From an uncultured Gammaproteobacteria bacterium (GTDB taxonomy: Bacteria; Cyanobacteriota; Vampirovibrionia; JBFMGH01), in NCBI GenBank assembly GCA_964517135.1, contig CAZFBA010000008.1:40064-104063 (forward strand): DNA of 64,000 nucleotides, given 5' to 3'. The notes under the pieces were generated by a model. That model was not told the origin of the DNA. It searched no databases and saw only the letters and a program-made list of their open reading frames with translations. A program made the translations under genes and the position numbers. Position 1 is the first letter of the stretch. Every line of letters begins with the position of its first letter. Positions 1-10,068 of this stretch are shown in pieces.

Positions 1-688
1 CTTTAAGAAGTGTGTCAATCTTGTTTATACACTGATTAACGGTTGCTTCTCTGTCTTTTCTGCTTTGAGAAACAAGTTGTGCAATTTCCAGATATTTATC
101 GGGGTATATATAGTTAAGTGATAGGTCATCAAGTTCTGCTTTAAGTTTTCCCATTCCCATTCTATTGGCCAGAGGAGAAAATATTTCCAATGTTTCTTTG
201 GAGATTTCTTTTTGTTTTTCTCTTGTCATGTGGTGTAGTGTTCTCATGTTATGGAGTCTATCAGCAAGCTTTAGGAGTATTACCCTTATATCATCAGCCA
301 TGGCAAGAAACATTTTTCTAAAATTCTCGGCCTGACGCTGTTCTCTTGAGCTGAAGCTGAATTTGCCCAGTTTTGTAACCCCTTCAACGAGACTTAAGAC
401 GCTTTCTCCAAATTGTTCTCTAATTTCATCAGGATTTACATCGGTGTCTTCCAGCATGTCATGGAGAAGAGCGGCAATTAATGTTTCTGTATCCGATTGC
501 AATTCAGCCAGAATGCAGGCAACCTCAACCGGATGTGCTATATAGGGGTCTTCACTGGCTCTATATTGACCAGCATGATACCTTTCCGCCATTAAGTAAG
601 CTTTTTTAATTGCTTCTATATCCTTTTCAGGGCGGCTCTGGCTGATTAGCAGTCCCTCTAACTTTTGAAATAACGTGCTATTGACCAT
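1..688 (-). CDS. RelA/SpoT-family (p)ppGpp synthetase/hydrolase, N-terminal HD domain; C-terminal part lies beyond the window
   Basis: Own translation of minus strand from ATG at 688: MVNSTLFQKLEGL...YIAHPVEVACILAELQSDTETLIAALLHDMLEDT, the HD-hydrolase motif of RelA/SpoT. In-frame stop lies just upstream of this Met. Not in the ORF track because the stop is outside the window. Confidence 0.8.
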   Translation of the reverse strand, partial: MVNSTLFQKLEGLLISQSRPEKDIEAIKKAYLMAERYHAGQYRASEDPYIAHPVEVACILAELQSDTETLIAALLHDMLEDTDVNPDEIREQFGESVLSLVEGVTKLGKFSFSSREQRQAENFRKMFLAMADDIRVILLKLADRLHNMRTLHHMTREKQKEISKETLEIFSPLANRMGMGKLKAELDDLSLNYIYPDKYLEIAQLVSQSRKDREATVNQCINKIDTLLK

Positions 689-800
689 AAAATTTTCTTG
701 TTCCGTGTATAATTAATATAATTATTTTTCAATTGTAACTTAAAAATAATTGTAATTTCTATAGGGTAAAGCGTTTAAATTTCCTGAAAGTGAGTAAAAG

Positions 801-1103
801 TTGTCGGTTAAAATTTCAAAAACAGCGATAGGTATTAAGTTTAGTGTAAGGGTAGTGCCAAAGTCTTCTAAAAATCAGTTGTTGTTGATGGATGAAGGTA
901 TTATAAAGGTTAAAATAACTGCTCCACCGGTTGAAGGTAAGGCTAATGAGTGTTGTATTGCATATCTTGCAAGTATACTGGGAGTGACAAAATCTCAGGT
1001 ATCAATATCATCTGGAGAAAAATCAAAGACAAAAGTTTTTGAGGTCACTGGTAACCCTGATACACTTTCTGCTAACCTTGTAAAGGCTATTAAAAAGGCT
1101 TAA
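801..1103 (+). CDS. DUF167/YggU-family small protein
   Basis: 100 aa; ITAPPVEGKANECCIAYLASILGV...VSISSGEKSKTKVFEV resembles the DUF167 core (TAPPVDGKAN...SG.TSR.K). Start is TTG; no early in-frame ATG. Confidence 0.6.
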   Translation: MSVKISKTAIGIKFSVRVVPKSSKNQLLLMDEGIIKVKITAPPVEGKANECCIAYLASILGVTKSQVSISSGEKSKTKVFEVTGNPDTLSANLVKAIKKA

Positions 1104-1108
1104 AAGGC

Positions 1109-1984
1109 TTAAGGCATTAGGGTATGTTTATCCATGACAGCACTTAGCAGGTTTTCAGCAAAGTTTATACTTGATCCTGTAAGGTTAGCTCCCCTGAAGT
1201 CAGTATATTCAACGTTTGCACGTTCGAGAACAGCATCAACGAGGTTTGCATTCCTAAAGTCAGCATTGCTTAAATTGGCTTCTGTAAGGTTGGCCTGTTC
1301 CATCTGGCAGTTTTTAAAGATTGTTTTTTCGAGGTTTGCCTTTTGCAGGCTGGCTTCTGTCAGGTTGCTTTCTGAAAGGTCGCACCAGAAGAGAGTTGAG
1401 TTGTCTAGTATGCATTCGATAAGTGTAGAATACCTCATGTCTGCTCTTTCGAGGTTAACCCCGGAAAGATTGGCTTTTGAGAGGTCGCTGTTACTGATAT
1501 CTGTCCAGTAGAGGTTTGAATCGCTGAGGTTTGCCCCTTCAAGTATAGCGTTTGTAACCAGTGCCTTGTTTAAAGTGCTATTTGTAAGCTCTACGTCAGA
1601 TAAATTGCAACCTTCCAGATTAGCTCTGGTTAATTTGACAGAATTGAGCTTGCTGCCTGTGAAGTCTGAATTTGTTGCTTCAGCCCAGTCAAGGTCGGCG
1701 CCGGTCAGGTCTGCAAATTGTATGCTGCAACTCTTCATAGTGGTATTTTTGAGGTCGGCATTTATCAGAATAGCATCGTTAAAGTTGATATTAGACAGGC
1801 TTGCTCCCATTAAATTGGCTTCTGTCAGGTTGGCATTACTAAAGTTAAGGCCTGTGAGGTGTGTCCCAGAGAGATCAGCATTGCTTAGATCTATTTCTAA
1901 ATCAGGGTTTTCTTGTCTGTATTTTGAAAATTCACTTGCGTCTTTTTTAAGTAGCTCTATAATATTCTCTTTTGTTAGTGCCAT
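1109..1984 (-). CDS. Pentapeptide-repeat protein
   Basis: 291 aa made almost entirely of A(D/N)LxG/ANLxx pentapeptide units (ADLSGTHLTGLNFSNANLTEANLMGASL...). Confidence 0.85.
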   Translation of the reverse strand: MALTKENIIELLKKDASEFSKYRQENPDLEIDLSNADLSGTHLTGLNFSNANLTEANLMGASLSNINFNDAILINADLKNTTMKSCSIQFADLTGADLDWAEATNSDFTGSKLNSVKLTRANLEGCNLSDVELTNSTLNKALVTNAILEGANLSDSNLYWTDISNSDLSKANLSGVNLERADMRYSTLIECILDNSTLFWCDLSESNLTEASLQKANLEKTIFKNCQMEQANLTEANLSNADFRNANLVDAVLERANVEYTDFRGANLTGSSINFAENLLSAVMDKHTLMP

Positions 1985-1995
1985 GGTTGGTTCTC

Positions 1996-2949
1996 CTATA
2001 CAGTAGAGGTGGTTTCTTCTTGTATTGCATCAAGATACTTGATTGCAGATGTTGCTGCAATGGCACCATCGGATGCAGAGACGACAATCTGTCTTAAAGG
2101 TGTGTTGCGTACGTCACCTGCACCGAATACCCCCGGTATGCTTGTTGACATATCTTCTTTGCAGAGCAGATAACCTCTATCATCGAGTTCTATCTGGTCT
2201 TTAAAGTGATCTGTATTGGGTGTGGTTCCTACATAAGGGAATACTCCTGATATGTTATAGTTAGATATATCATTTGTTTTGACGTTTTTAACAACGATAT
2301 TCTTTACTCCTTTTTCATCACCCTGTATTTCGAGTGGTATAGTGTCCCATAAAAAGTGTAGTTTTGGGTGTTGAAAAAGTTTTTGCTGATAAAGTCTGCT
2401 GGCACGGAGTTGATCTCTTCGATGTATAATTGTGACAGATCTGGCAAACCGGGTTAAATAAAGTCCTTCTTCGGCAGCAGAGTTGCCTCCGCCAATAACA
2501 CATATGTCTTTATCTTTAAAGAAAGCACCATCACAAACTGCACAATAGCTTACACCTCTTCCGGTATACTCTTTTTCACCTGTAATGTTGAGCTTTTTGG
2601 GGTTGGCTCCTGTGCTGATAATAATTGTTTTTGCTTTATATATCTGTTCGATGGTTGTAACTGTTTTAATTGTGTCTGTTAGATTTATGCTCTGGACTTC
2701 CTGAAACTGTTTGACAGGTATATTGTGCTTGTTGAGCTGTTCTTGAAACTTCTCAATCAGCTCAAATCCTTTAACTGTCAGGTATCCTGGATAATTCTCG
2801 ATGTCCTGTGTGAGGTTAAGCTGCCCGCCTGTGGTCATTTTTTCAAGAAGGAGGCATTCAATCATACCTCTTGCTGCATAAATGGCTGCTGATATTCCGG
2901 CGGGTCCTGCCCCCAGTATGATTAAATCGTATATTTTTGATTCTGTCAT
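1996..2949 (-). CDS. trxB: Thioredoxin-disulfide reductase
   Basis: 317 aa; FAD motif ILGAGPAGISAAIYAARG, redox-active CAVCDGAFF, NAD(P) motif VIGGGNSAAEE, C-terminal GVFGAGDV. Confidence 0.9.
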   Translation of the reverse strand: MTESKIYDLIILGAGPAGISAAIYAARGMIECLLLEKMTTGGQLNLTQDIENYPGYLTVKGFELIEKFQEQLNKHNIPVKQFQEVQSINLTDTIKTVTTIEQIYKAKTIIISTGANPKKLNITGEKEYTGRGVSYCAVCDGAFFKDKDICVIGGGNSAAEEGLYLTRFARSVTIIHRRDQLRASRLYQQKLFQHPKLHFLWDTIPLEIQGDEKGVKNIVVKNVKTNDISNYNISGVFPYVGTTPNTDHFKDQIELDDRGYLLCKEDMSTSIPGVFGAGDVRNTPLRQIVVSASDGAIAATSAIKYLDAIQEETTSTV

Positions 2950-3018
2950 GTTTAATTCCTTTATATTTTTCCCCTGTGAGTATACTATAACAGCGAGAAA
3001 AAATCATAAGACGATTTC

Positions 3019-3612
3019 TTATCTGTTTAATTCGAATACTGGCGGTTTAGAGCCTGATAGTTTTTGTCCGTGTAGCTTAAACAGGGCTTGTTCGATTCTT
3101 ATGAGTTTTCCTGCTTTAAAATATTTAAGTCGCATGTTGCTGTATCCGGCGAAGTTGTCTCCATTGACTTCGATGGTAACCTGTTCCATCTGGTCATATT
3201 TTCTATTTGGTTTTGTGCTACAGGTAAATGTTGCACGGTTATTGTCAACTTCGTTTACTGTAATGTATGTTTCAGAATAGTTATTAGGGTTTGCCAGTCG
3301 TATTTTGTTTTCTACTTGTTGAAGCAGCCAGATGTCAGCTGTCTTTTGTTTAAATGTATTGGGTGCATTAGTGCTTACCAGTGTTCCGTTGACCTGCCAT
3401 GTGCCGTAAAGTTCGTCAGGAAGAAACTGCTCTTCTGCTATTCTGCCGGTTAGAACTGGTCTGAGTGGTTTGAAATCTTTGTTGCTTGAAGGCATTTCTT
3501 CTTCAAGAGATGGTGAATACTCTATATCAGATACCTGAGCAAATGCTGTGTTGCCGTTAATCATAAAAATGACAACCAATATCAGGCTAACCACGTACTG
3601 TAAAGATATCAT
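3019..3612 (-). CDS. Hypothetical secreted protein
   Basis: Track ORF 3019-3723 overlaps acyP. Internal Met at 3612 begins a signal-peptide-like MISLQYVVSLILVVIFMINGNTAFAQ. No family recognised. Confidence 0.5.
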   Translation of the reverse strand: MISLQYVVSLILVVIFMINGNTAFAQVSDIEYSPSLEEEMPSSNKDFKPLRPVLTGRIAEEQFLPDELYGTWQVNGTLVSTNAPNTFKQKTADIWLLQQVENKIRLANPNNYSETYITVNEVDNNRATFTCSTKPNRKYDQMEQVTIEVNGDNFAGYSNMRLKYFKAGKLIRIEQALFKLHGQKLSGSKPPVFELNR

Positions 3613-3865
3613 ATTCTCCGGTATACTCTTTTTTAAATGCCTCAACATCTGTAACATAGGCCATAGGTGGGCCTTGGTAACACCATGATAACATTTGATC
3701 AACGAGTTCTTCTTCGCCTTCAAATAATGCTTCTACCCTGCCATCATAGAGGTTTCTTACCCAGCCTTTCAGGCCTAATTTTTGAGCCTGATGGACTGTG
3801 CTATACCTGTAATTAACGCCCTGAACCCTTCCGGATATATATACGTGCATACCGATTTTTGTCAC
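3587..3865 (-). CDS. acyP: Acylphosphatase
   Basis: 92 aa; VYISGRVQGVNYRYSTVHQAQKLGLKGWVRNLYDGRVEA matches the acylphosphatase signatures (V.G.VQGV.FR, GWV.N..DG.VE). Confidence 0.85.
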   Translation of the reverse strand: MTKIGMHVYISGRVQGVNYRYSTVHQAQKLGLKGWVRNLYDGRVEALFEGEEELVDQMLSWCYQGPPMAYVTDVEAFKKEYTGEYDIFTVRG

Positions 3866-3901
3866 TAATACCTCCTGGCGGTATTACTTTTACTAAGTGC
3901 T

Positions 3902-4501
3902 TTAATTGTCTTCTATATCACCATCAAAAATATCATCATCAAGGTCATCTTCATATTCTGGAGATGTATAACCTTCGGTGTCAAATTCTTCCGGGAGATA
4001 CTGGCTATCTGGCCATATTGTAAACTTGTCAAATCGTGATTGAGGAAGATTGTATGATCCGGAAAGGTCTGTATCTGTCAGGTCTGCTTCTCTCAGGTCG
4101 GCTCCATTCATGTTGGCTTCAGTGAAATCAGCTTCTATAATAGTTGCCCCAACCAGAATTGTGCCGCTAAGGTTTGAATTATTGAAGTTACAGTATTGCA
4201 AACTGGCGTTAGTAAAGTTAGCAGAAGATAAATTAGTGCTTGTAAGGTCAGAAGAATCGAGGTTGCTGTCGCTGAAGTCTGTTCCGGTTAAATCTGTTCC
4301 ATGTAAATTAATCCCATTGAGATTTAAACCCTTGAAATCTACTTCTGACAGGTCTAAGTCAGTTATTTCATTCTCTTCTATTAGTTTATTAAAACCGTCG
4401 ACGTTCTCGTTAAGAGCTAGTTGAATTAATTCGTCTTTAAAACTGGTCATACATTTCTCCTGGACGTAGCTATTAATCGAATAAATCTCTTTAAACTGCA
4501 A
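3902..4501 (-). CDS. Pentapeptide-repeat protein with acidic C-terminal tail
   Basis: 199 aa; tandem pentapeptides (LSEVDFKGLNLNGINLHGTDLTGTDFSDSNLDSSDL...) followed by a D/E-rich tail (EYEDDLDDDIFDGDIEDN). Confidence 0.85.
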   Translation of the reverse strand: MQFKEIYSINSYVQEKCMTSFKDELIQLALNENVDGFNKLIEENEITDLDLSEVDFKGLNLNGINLHGTDLTGTDFSDSNLDSSDLTSTNLSSANFTNASLQYCNFNNSNLSGTILVGATIIEADFTEANMNGADLREADLTDTDLSGSYNLPQSRFDKFTIWPDSQYLPEEFDTEGYTSPEYEDDLDDDIFDGDIEDN

Positions 4502-4799
4502 AAAACGGTTTTTGAAGATTATAAAGCGTTTTTGTTTCTACTTAAATTATCTGATATTAAGATATTTTACAGTTGAAAAAGGTTTAGTCTTACAGTATTG
4601 TGCATGAGAACCGTAATCATTTTATGGTTGAACCTTTTCCATGAATTATAATATCAGATAATTGCCTATTTTTATCGAAATTTTTTAAAAAATTTTAGGA
4701 ATTTCACGTAGTTTGATCCTTTACAATGGCTGCTATAATAAATGATGTGAAACTAGAAGTGGTTAATAAAATAAGTTCTTAAATTTTTCAGGAGCGATA

Positions 4800-5837
4800 A
4801 TGTTTGATTTAAAGACATTTTTACCTGTTGATATCTGTAAATGTAAGATTAGAAGAACTTTGTGGCTTCTAAAAAAAAATATGTTGCCTTTTGTTCTGCT
4901 TAAGCTGGTTATTATTCTGGTAGTTTTTTCTCATGATGCTTTTTCTATGAATAATCTAACAAATGCTGGTCTCGTTGCTTATATGCAGCAAGACTATAAG
5001 CGTGCACTGACCTTTCTTTCTCAGGCAGTAAAGGAAAATCCTTATGATGCTGATGCTCTATATTATTTTGCAAATACGCTTGTTAAACTTCATAGAGTTG
5101 AAACTGCTGAAAAATACTATAGAAAAGTTATAGAAATATCTCCTGATTCAGTATTTGCAGAGTATTCATTACAGGCCCTTTATGACATACACAATTATAA
5201 AACATCAATAAGACTTCCTTATGATAGCTTATTGCTTAAAGGCAGCAAGCTTTATACTTCTGAAAATTCGTATATTCATAATATTGTTGAAAATCCGCCT
5301 ATAATTCGATGGGATAAGCTTACTATGCCATTGAAAGTATATATTAATGAGCCTCACTTTAAAGAACATGAAAGCTACATCAGAGATGCGTTTGATCAAT
5401 GGTCTGATATGTCTGATGGTCTGGTAGATTATCAGGTTGTTACTTCTGTAAACAATGCTCATATAGTTGTCCACTGGCGAAAAAACCTCTTAAGTGACTT
5501 TAAAAATGATTTTTACGGTTATGTAGCTCCAGAAATAGAAGGTAATGAGCTTATTAAATATCATATTTATCTTCAGGAATATGGCAGAGATGGTAAGTTG
5601 CTTGATCCTGTTAGAGCCCGTGCAGCAGCAATGCATCAGGTCGGGCACAGCCTGGGGATAACCTATCACAGTGACAGTGAAAAAGACATCATGTATGTTG
5701 AGCCTCTTGAGCCACGTATAACAAGAAGGGATCTCTCTACATTGAATTTAATTTATGCGTTTGATCCTGACATCTCAAATTTTCAGGAAGCCCTTGAAAT
5801 AAAGACTAAAAAAGAAGCTGAAGAAGAAAATGATTAG
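4800..5837 (+). CDS. TPR-containing protein with C-terminal matrixin-like (metzincin) domain carrying HQxGH in place of HExGH
   Basis: 345 aa; ATG with GGAG 5 nt upstream. N-terminal hydrophobic segment and TPR-like helices (ALYYFANTLVKLHRVETAEKYYRKVIEISPDS). C-terminal AMHQVGHSLGITYHSDSEKDIMYV resembles the matrixin HEFGHSLGLSHS...Met-turn. Confidence 0.6.
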   Translation: MFDLKTFLPVDICKCKIRRTLWLLKKNMLPFVLLKLVIILVVFSHDAFSMNNLTNAGLVAYMQQDYKRALTFLSQAVKENPYDADALYYFANTLVKLHRVETAEKYYRKVIEISPDSVFAEYSLQALYDIHNYKTSIRLPYDSLLLKGSKLYTSENSYIHNIVENPPIIRWDKLTMPLKVYINEPHFKEHESYIRDAFDQWSDMSDGLVDYQVVTSVNNAHIVVHWRKNLLSDFKNDFYGYVAPEIEGNELIKYHIYLQEYGRDGKLLDPVRARAAAMHQVGHSLGITYHSDSEKDIMYVEPLEPRITRRDLSTLNLIYAFDPDISNFQEALEIKTKKEAEEEND

Positions 5838-5895
5838 TAAGTGCAAGAAATGCCTGAATCTGAATGTTAAAAACCAGGATAGTTAAGTGTAGAGC

Positions 5896-7842
5896 TTATC
5901 TGTTTTCTGGTAAAGGTTTAATATTGCTGAAGAATATTTTTGCTTCTTCCATTGACCTTATTATAGTCGTTTTGGGCAGGCTGTTGAGTATAATTTGTCC
6001 GTATGATTTACTGAGTAATCTTGGATCCAGCAGGCATACCATTCCACAGTCGGTTTTAGATCGTATCAATCTGCCGAATCCCTGTTTGATTTTTAAAGTT
6101 GCCTCCGGTAGCATGTATTCCATAAACCAGCTCTGGTTATTTGCTTTCATTCGATCGACAGTCGCACTTACAATAGGGTCATCAGGGACACTGAAAGGTA
6201 TTTTGTCAATGATGACACAGCTTAAATCCTCTCCTGGTATGTCGATACCTTCCCAGTAGGTTGCAGTGGCAAAAAGTATGCTGTTATCAGTTTCTTTAAA
6301 CCATTCTATGAGCTTTTTACGGGGCAGATCACCCTGTACTTTGCAGGGGTATATTGTCTGTTCTATGACAGCAGAACTGACATTCTTCATGGCATACTTA
6401 CTTGTAAAGAGGACGAGTGCCCTTCCTTCTGTTATGGTTGTTATTTCCTGTATGGCTCTGGCAATAGTTGCGTTATATTCAAAAGAGTTAGGAGCTGCTT
6501 TAATTTGAGGGAGCATTAGTCTTGACTGACTGGAATAATCAAACGGGCTATCCAGTATCAGGTCTTCGGCTTCAAGACCGAGCTGGTTTTTTGTATAGTC
6601 ACAGTTTTTGTTTATTGCCAGTGTTGCACTGGTTAATATTGCTGGAACATCACTCCATAGCTGTTCTTTAAGTGTTTTTGCTATGAAGATAGGTGCAGAG
6701 TTAATTTCAAAGCTCAGCTTGTCTTTATTTGTCTCTGCCCAGTTAACTCTAATGTCTTCTTCATCTTCAAAGTCAGTGTAAAGGAAGTATTCCCAGCGGC
6801 TGATCAGGTTAGAAGTTTGTGAGAGTAACCTGTCTTTGTGAGACATTTTTTTATGTTTGCTATCTTCACCGAATAACTCTAGCTGATCAAGTTCAAGCTC
6901 GTTTAGCCAGGTTCTTAGTTTTTTGAGCTCATCTATTTCATCATTGACCAGTTCAAAAAAGCTGCTATCAGGGAATATCCTGAATGAATCTTTCCCTTTA
7001 GAGAACAGCCACGATAATATTTCTGTTTCAATAGATGCTATACTTGATGTAATATTATCAGGTACTGGACCTACTCTCTTTTGAATTTTTTGTAAAAGCT
7101 TTGTTGATGCCCATTTCCCGATAGTGATTGTGAAAGCCTTCGTTGCAATATTTTTAATATGGTGTGCTTCATCGAAGATAACAAAGTCATGGCCGGGTAA
7201 AATGGTTCCGCCACCTGAAAGATCTGTGAAATAAAGGGCATGATTGGCAACAATGATATCTGAATCTGCCAGCTCAGAACGGGCTATTCTAAATGGACAA
7301 TCAGAAAAGTAGTCACAACGCTGGTTAAGACAATCATCTTTGTCAGAGTTTATTTCTGCCCAGAGCAAATCAGGTACTACGAAGTCAAGCTCTGCCAGAT
7401 CTCCATTCCATTTTTTATCTACAAGTTTCTCCAGCTTCTTTATAACTTTACCTTCTCTAGATTTTGGAGAGACACTGCGCTGTGTATCAAAGTATTTTAA
7501 TAGGCATAGATAGTTTCTTCTTCCCTTTGCAAGAGTATATTTAAGGTCGGGGTTACATTTTTCCACGACAAATGGGATATCTTTGTTTAGTAACTGTTCT
7601 TGCAGTGCAATGGTTCCAGTAGATATAACGATTTTTAATCCTGAAATAGCAGCAGGTATAAGGTATCCAAATGATTTACCAGCACCGGTTCCGGCTTCAA
7701 TGACCAGGCTGTTTCTCTTTTCGAGGTTTTTGTTGACTGCTTCAGCCATAGTAATTTGCTGTGGCCGGGCTTCATATGTGTTTAATTTAGTGACTGCTTC
7801 ATTGAAAATTTCTTTTATCTGTGATATTTCCTGTGTTGCCAT
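5896..7842 (-). CDS. dinG: DinG/Rad3-like ATP-dependent DNA helicase
   Basis: 648 aa; Walker A EAGTGAGKSFGYL, DEAH-type box VIFDEAHH, Cys cluster CLNQRCDYFSDCPF typical of Fe-S XPD/DinG helicases, C-terminal helicase motifs. Confidence 0.8.
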   Translation of the reverse strand: MATQEISQIKEIFNEAVTKLNTYEARPQQITMAEAVNKNLEKRNSLVIEAGTGAGKSFGYLIPAAISGLKIVISTGTIALQEQLLNKDIPFVVEKCNPDLKYTLAKGRRNYLCLLKYFDTQRSVSPKSREGKVIKKLEKLVDKKWNGDLAELDFVVPDLLWAEINSDKDDCLNQRCDYFSDCPFRIARSELADSDIIVANHALYFTDLSGGGTILPGHDFVIFDEAHHIKNIATKAFTITIGKWASTKLLQKIQKRVGPVPDNITSSIASIETEILSWLFSKGKDSFRIFPDSSFFELVNDEIDELKKLRTWLNELELDQLELFGEDSKHKKMSHKDRLLSQTSNLISRWEYFLYTDFEDEEDIRVNWAETNKDKLSFEINSAPIFIAKTLKEQLWSDVPAILTSATLAINKNCDYTKNQLGLEAEDLILDSPFDYSSQSRLMLPQIKAAPNSFEYNATIARAIQEITTITEGRALVLFTSKYAMKNVSSAVIEQTIYPCKVQGDLPRKKLIEWFKETDNSILFATATYWEGIDIPGEDLSCVIIDKIPFSVPDDPIVSATVDRMKANNQSWFMEYMLPEATLKIKQGFGRLIRSKTDCGMVCLLDPRLLSKSYGQIILNSLPKTTIIRSMEEAKIFFSNIKPLPENR

Positions 7843-7846
7843 TGGT

Positions 7847-8983
7847 TTATTTTTCCTTTATGTATGATTTAGGCTTCTTAATGTTAAATAAATTACTTGC
7901 TACAAAAGCTGTTATAGGTATGCAAAGGATTAATCCTATGCTACCTGCGAGTGCTGCGGTTATTTCACTTACAATAGAGTCTAAATTTATGAGTTTTGTA
8001 AATGAGACATTATTATAAGCAAGAAGCAGCAGAAATAAAGCACTGCCGGTATAAGCAAGAAGCAAGGTATTGGTCATTGTACCCATAATATCTTTGCCAA
8101 CATTCATGCCTGACTTGATTAGATAACTGGTTGTAGCTTCAGGATCAGCTTTTTTAACCTCAAAAATGCTACTTGCTATAGATATACCCACGTCCATAGA
8201 AGCACCCAGTGCCCCTATGATCATAGCTGATGCCAGTATACCTTTAAAATTGAGTGAACTGTCAGAGGCCCATAATGCAATAGCTTCTTCGCCAGGAGTT
8301 CCTGATAGGGGAGCATATTTGATGGTAAGTAAAGCAATGATTCCTGCTGCGCTGACACCTGATACAGTGCCTATTATAGCGCTTAAGCTTTTTAAATTAA
8401 GCCCTGATATTATAAATATAGTAAAACATGTAGCTATACTGCATATAATTATTGTTATAAGTAATGGTGAATACCCATTTAAGATTGATGGAATAAGGAA
8501 ATAAAATATCAGGAAATAGGTAAAGGCAAGGCCTATAAGTGATCTGAGTCCTTTGTTTCCTCCGATAACCAGAATTAAAAGTGTAAATATGCTAAAAAGT
8601 ATAGCAAGCACTGGAAATCTGTAGTAATTAGAAATATTTATTTCTTTTTTGTCTTCAGGTAAAGATTCTATGTGTAATAAAACCCTGTCACCTTCTTTTA
8701 AATTGATGTCAAAGGCCGGGTTGCCTGATAGTCTGTTCTCTGTTAAATGTTCCTGATCTTTTAATTTGCCTGTTAATACTTTTACTTTTATTTTTTGAAC
8801 TTTTTGTTCTGTTCCGAAAGCCTCTAAAGAGGTATCAATGCTCTCATCAAGAACCTTAATAACTTTTCCCAGCTCTTCTTCAGGTGGTGGAGGTACATAG
8901 AATTCATTACTTTGGGCATAAATGCTTGATGTAGTCATACATATAAATAATATTATAATAAAAAATAAAAATATATTTTTCAT
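7847..8983 (-). CDS. YibE/F-family integral membrane protein
   Basis: 378 aa; signal peptide, then multiple TM helices and the characteristic GMNVGKDIMGTMTNTLLLAYTGSAL segment. Start overlaps the ruvB stop (TAATG). Confidence 0.7.
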   Translation of the reverse strand: MKNIFLFFIIILFICMTTSSIYAQSNEFYVPPPPEEELGKVIKVLDESIDTSLEAFGTEQKVQKIKVKVLTGKLKDQEHLTENRLSGNPAFDINLKEGDRVLLHIESLPEDKKEINISNYYRFPVLAILFSIFTLLILVIGGNKGLRSLIGLAFTYFLIFYFLIPSILNGYSPLLITIIICSIATCFTIFIISGLNLKSLSAIIGTVSGVSAAGIIALLTIKYAPLSGTPGEEAIALWASDSSLNFKGILASAMIIGALGASMDVGISIASSIFEVKKADPEATTSYLIKSGMNVGKDIMGTMTNTLLLAYTGSALFLLLLAYNNVSFTKLINLDSIVSEITAALAGSIGLILCIPITAFVASNLFNIKKPKSYIKEK

Positions 8984-10068
8984 TAATCTCCCCGGGTGTC
9001 TGTAAAGAGTGATCCCTGAATGCCCTGATGTTTATATCCAAGATGCCTGTAAGCATAGGGAGAAGCAACTCTACCTCTGGGAGTACGGTTTATAAATCCG
9101 GCCTGAATCAAGAATGGTTCGTAAACATCCTCAATAGTTTTTGCATCTTCACCCAATGCAGCGGCAATTGTGTCGATGCCAACCGGGCCGCCGTTATATT
9201 TCTCTATTATAAGTTTTATTAGCTCTCTGTCGGTTGGTTCCAGTCCATTCTTATCTACTTTCAGAAGTTCAAGTGCTTCATTTGCAATATTATTGTTTAT
9301 AATGTCTTTCTTATGGACCTGTGCATAGTCACGTACACGTTTTAACAGCCTATTTGCTATTCTTGGTGTGCCTCTTGCCCGAAGGGCAATTGCAAGTGCA
9401 CCGTCATCAGAAATATTCGTATCAAGTATTTTTGCTGATCTCTTTATTATATTTGATAGGTCTTCAGGATTATAGAATTCAAGTCTTTGTATAAGGCCAA
9501 AACGGTCCCTCAGTGGTCCGGATAGTGATCCTGCTCTTGTTGTTGCACCGATTAGAGTAAATCTTGGAATAGGTATTCTGAGTGTTTTAGCGCTATTTCC
9601 CTTGCCAGTAGTTCTGTCTAGTTTATAGTCTTCCATAGCAGGGTATAAAATCTCTTCTGTGATTTTGTTTAGCCGGTGAATTTCATCAATAAACAGTATT
9701 TCTCCGTTTCTCATGCCCATTAAAATACCTACAATGTCCCGAGGCCGCTCAAGTGCTGGTGCTGAACTGATCCTGATATTGACATTCATTTCTTTTGCTA
9801 TAATAGTTGCCAGTGTTGTCTTACCCAGACCGGGTGGACCATACAGCAATAGATGATCAATCGCCTCATTTCTTTCTTTAGCAGCTTTAATTGATATTAA
9901 GAGCGTGTTTTTAAGTTGTGTTTGCCCTGTATAATCATCCAGGTTGTCTGGTCTTAATGATTTATCAAGTGATATATCTATCTCTGTCTCGTCGGCTTCT
10001 ATAGTACGGGCTTTAATTTTCTTTTTATGCTTGTCGATACTTGAGTTATTTGATGATATTATCGTCAA
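8983..10068 (-). CDS. ruvB: Holliday junction branch-migration helicase RuvB
   Basis: 361 aa; [15 protein letters not shown]alker A, FIDEIHRL Walker B, sensor and arginine-finger regions, winged-helix C-terminus. Confidence 0.9.
   Translation of the reverse strand: MTIISSNNSSIDKHKKKIKARTIEADETEIDISLDKSLRPDNLDDYTGQTQLKNTLLISIKAAKERNEAIDHLLLYGPPGLGKTTLATIIAKEMNVNIRISSAPALERPRDIVGILMGMRNGEILFIDEIHRLNKITEEILYPAMEDYKLDRTTGKGNSAKTLRIPIPRFTLIGATTRAGSLSGPLRDRFGLIQRLEFYNPEDLSNIIKRSAKILDTNISDDGALAIALRARGTPRIANRLLKRVRDYAQVHKKDIINNNIANEALELLKVDKNGLEPTDRELIKLIIEKYNGGPVGIDTIAAALGEDAKTIEDVYEPFLIQAGFINRTPRGRVASPYAYRHLGYKHQGIQGSLFTDTRGD

Noticed and set aside
363-545. 60-aa plus-strand ORF
   Set aside because: Lies entirely antisense within the RelA/SpoT HD-domain coding region; Ser-rich low-complexity translation, no RBS.
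1134-2006. Two plus-strand ORFs (125 and 146 aa) antisense to the pentapeptide-repeat gene
   Set aside because: Artefacts of the repetitive codon structure of the pentapeptide gene; translations are low-complexity (L/S/A/R-rich).
3019-3723. Long form (234 aa) of the secreted hypothetical protein
   Set aside because: Would overlap acyP by about 135 nt on the same strand; the internal Met at 3612 starts a plausible signal peptide, so the shorter form is preferred.
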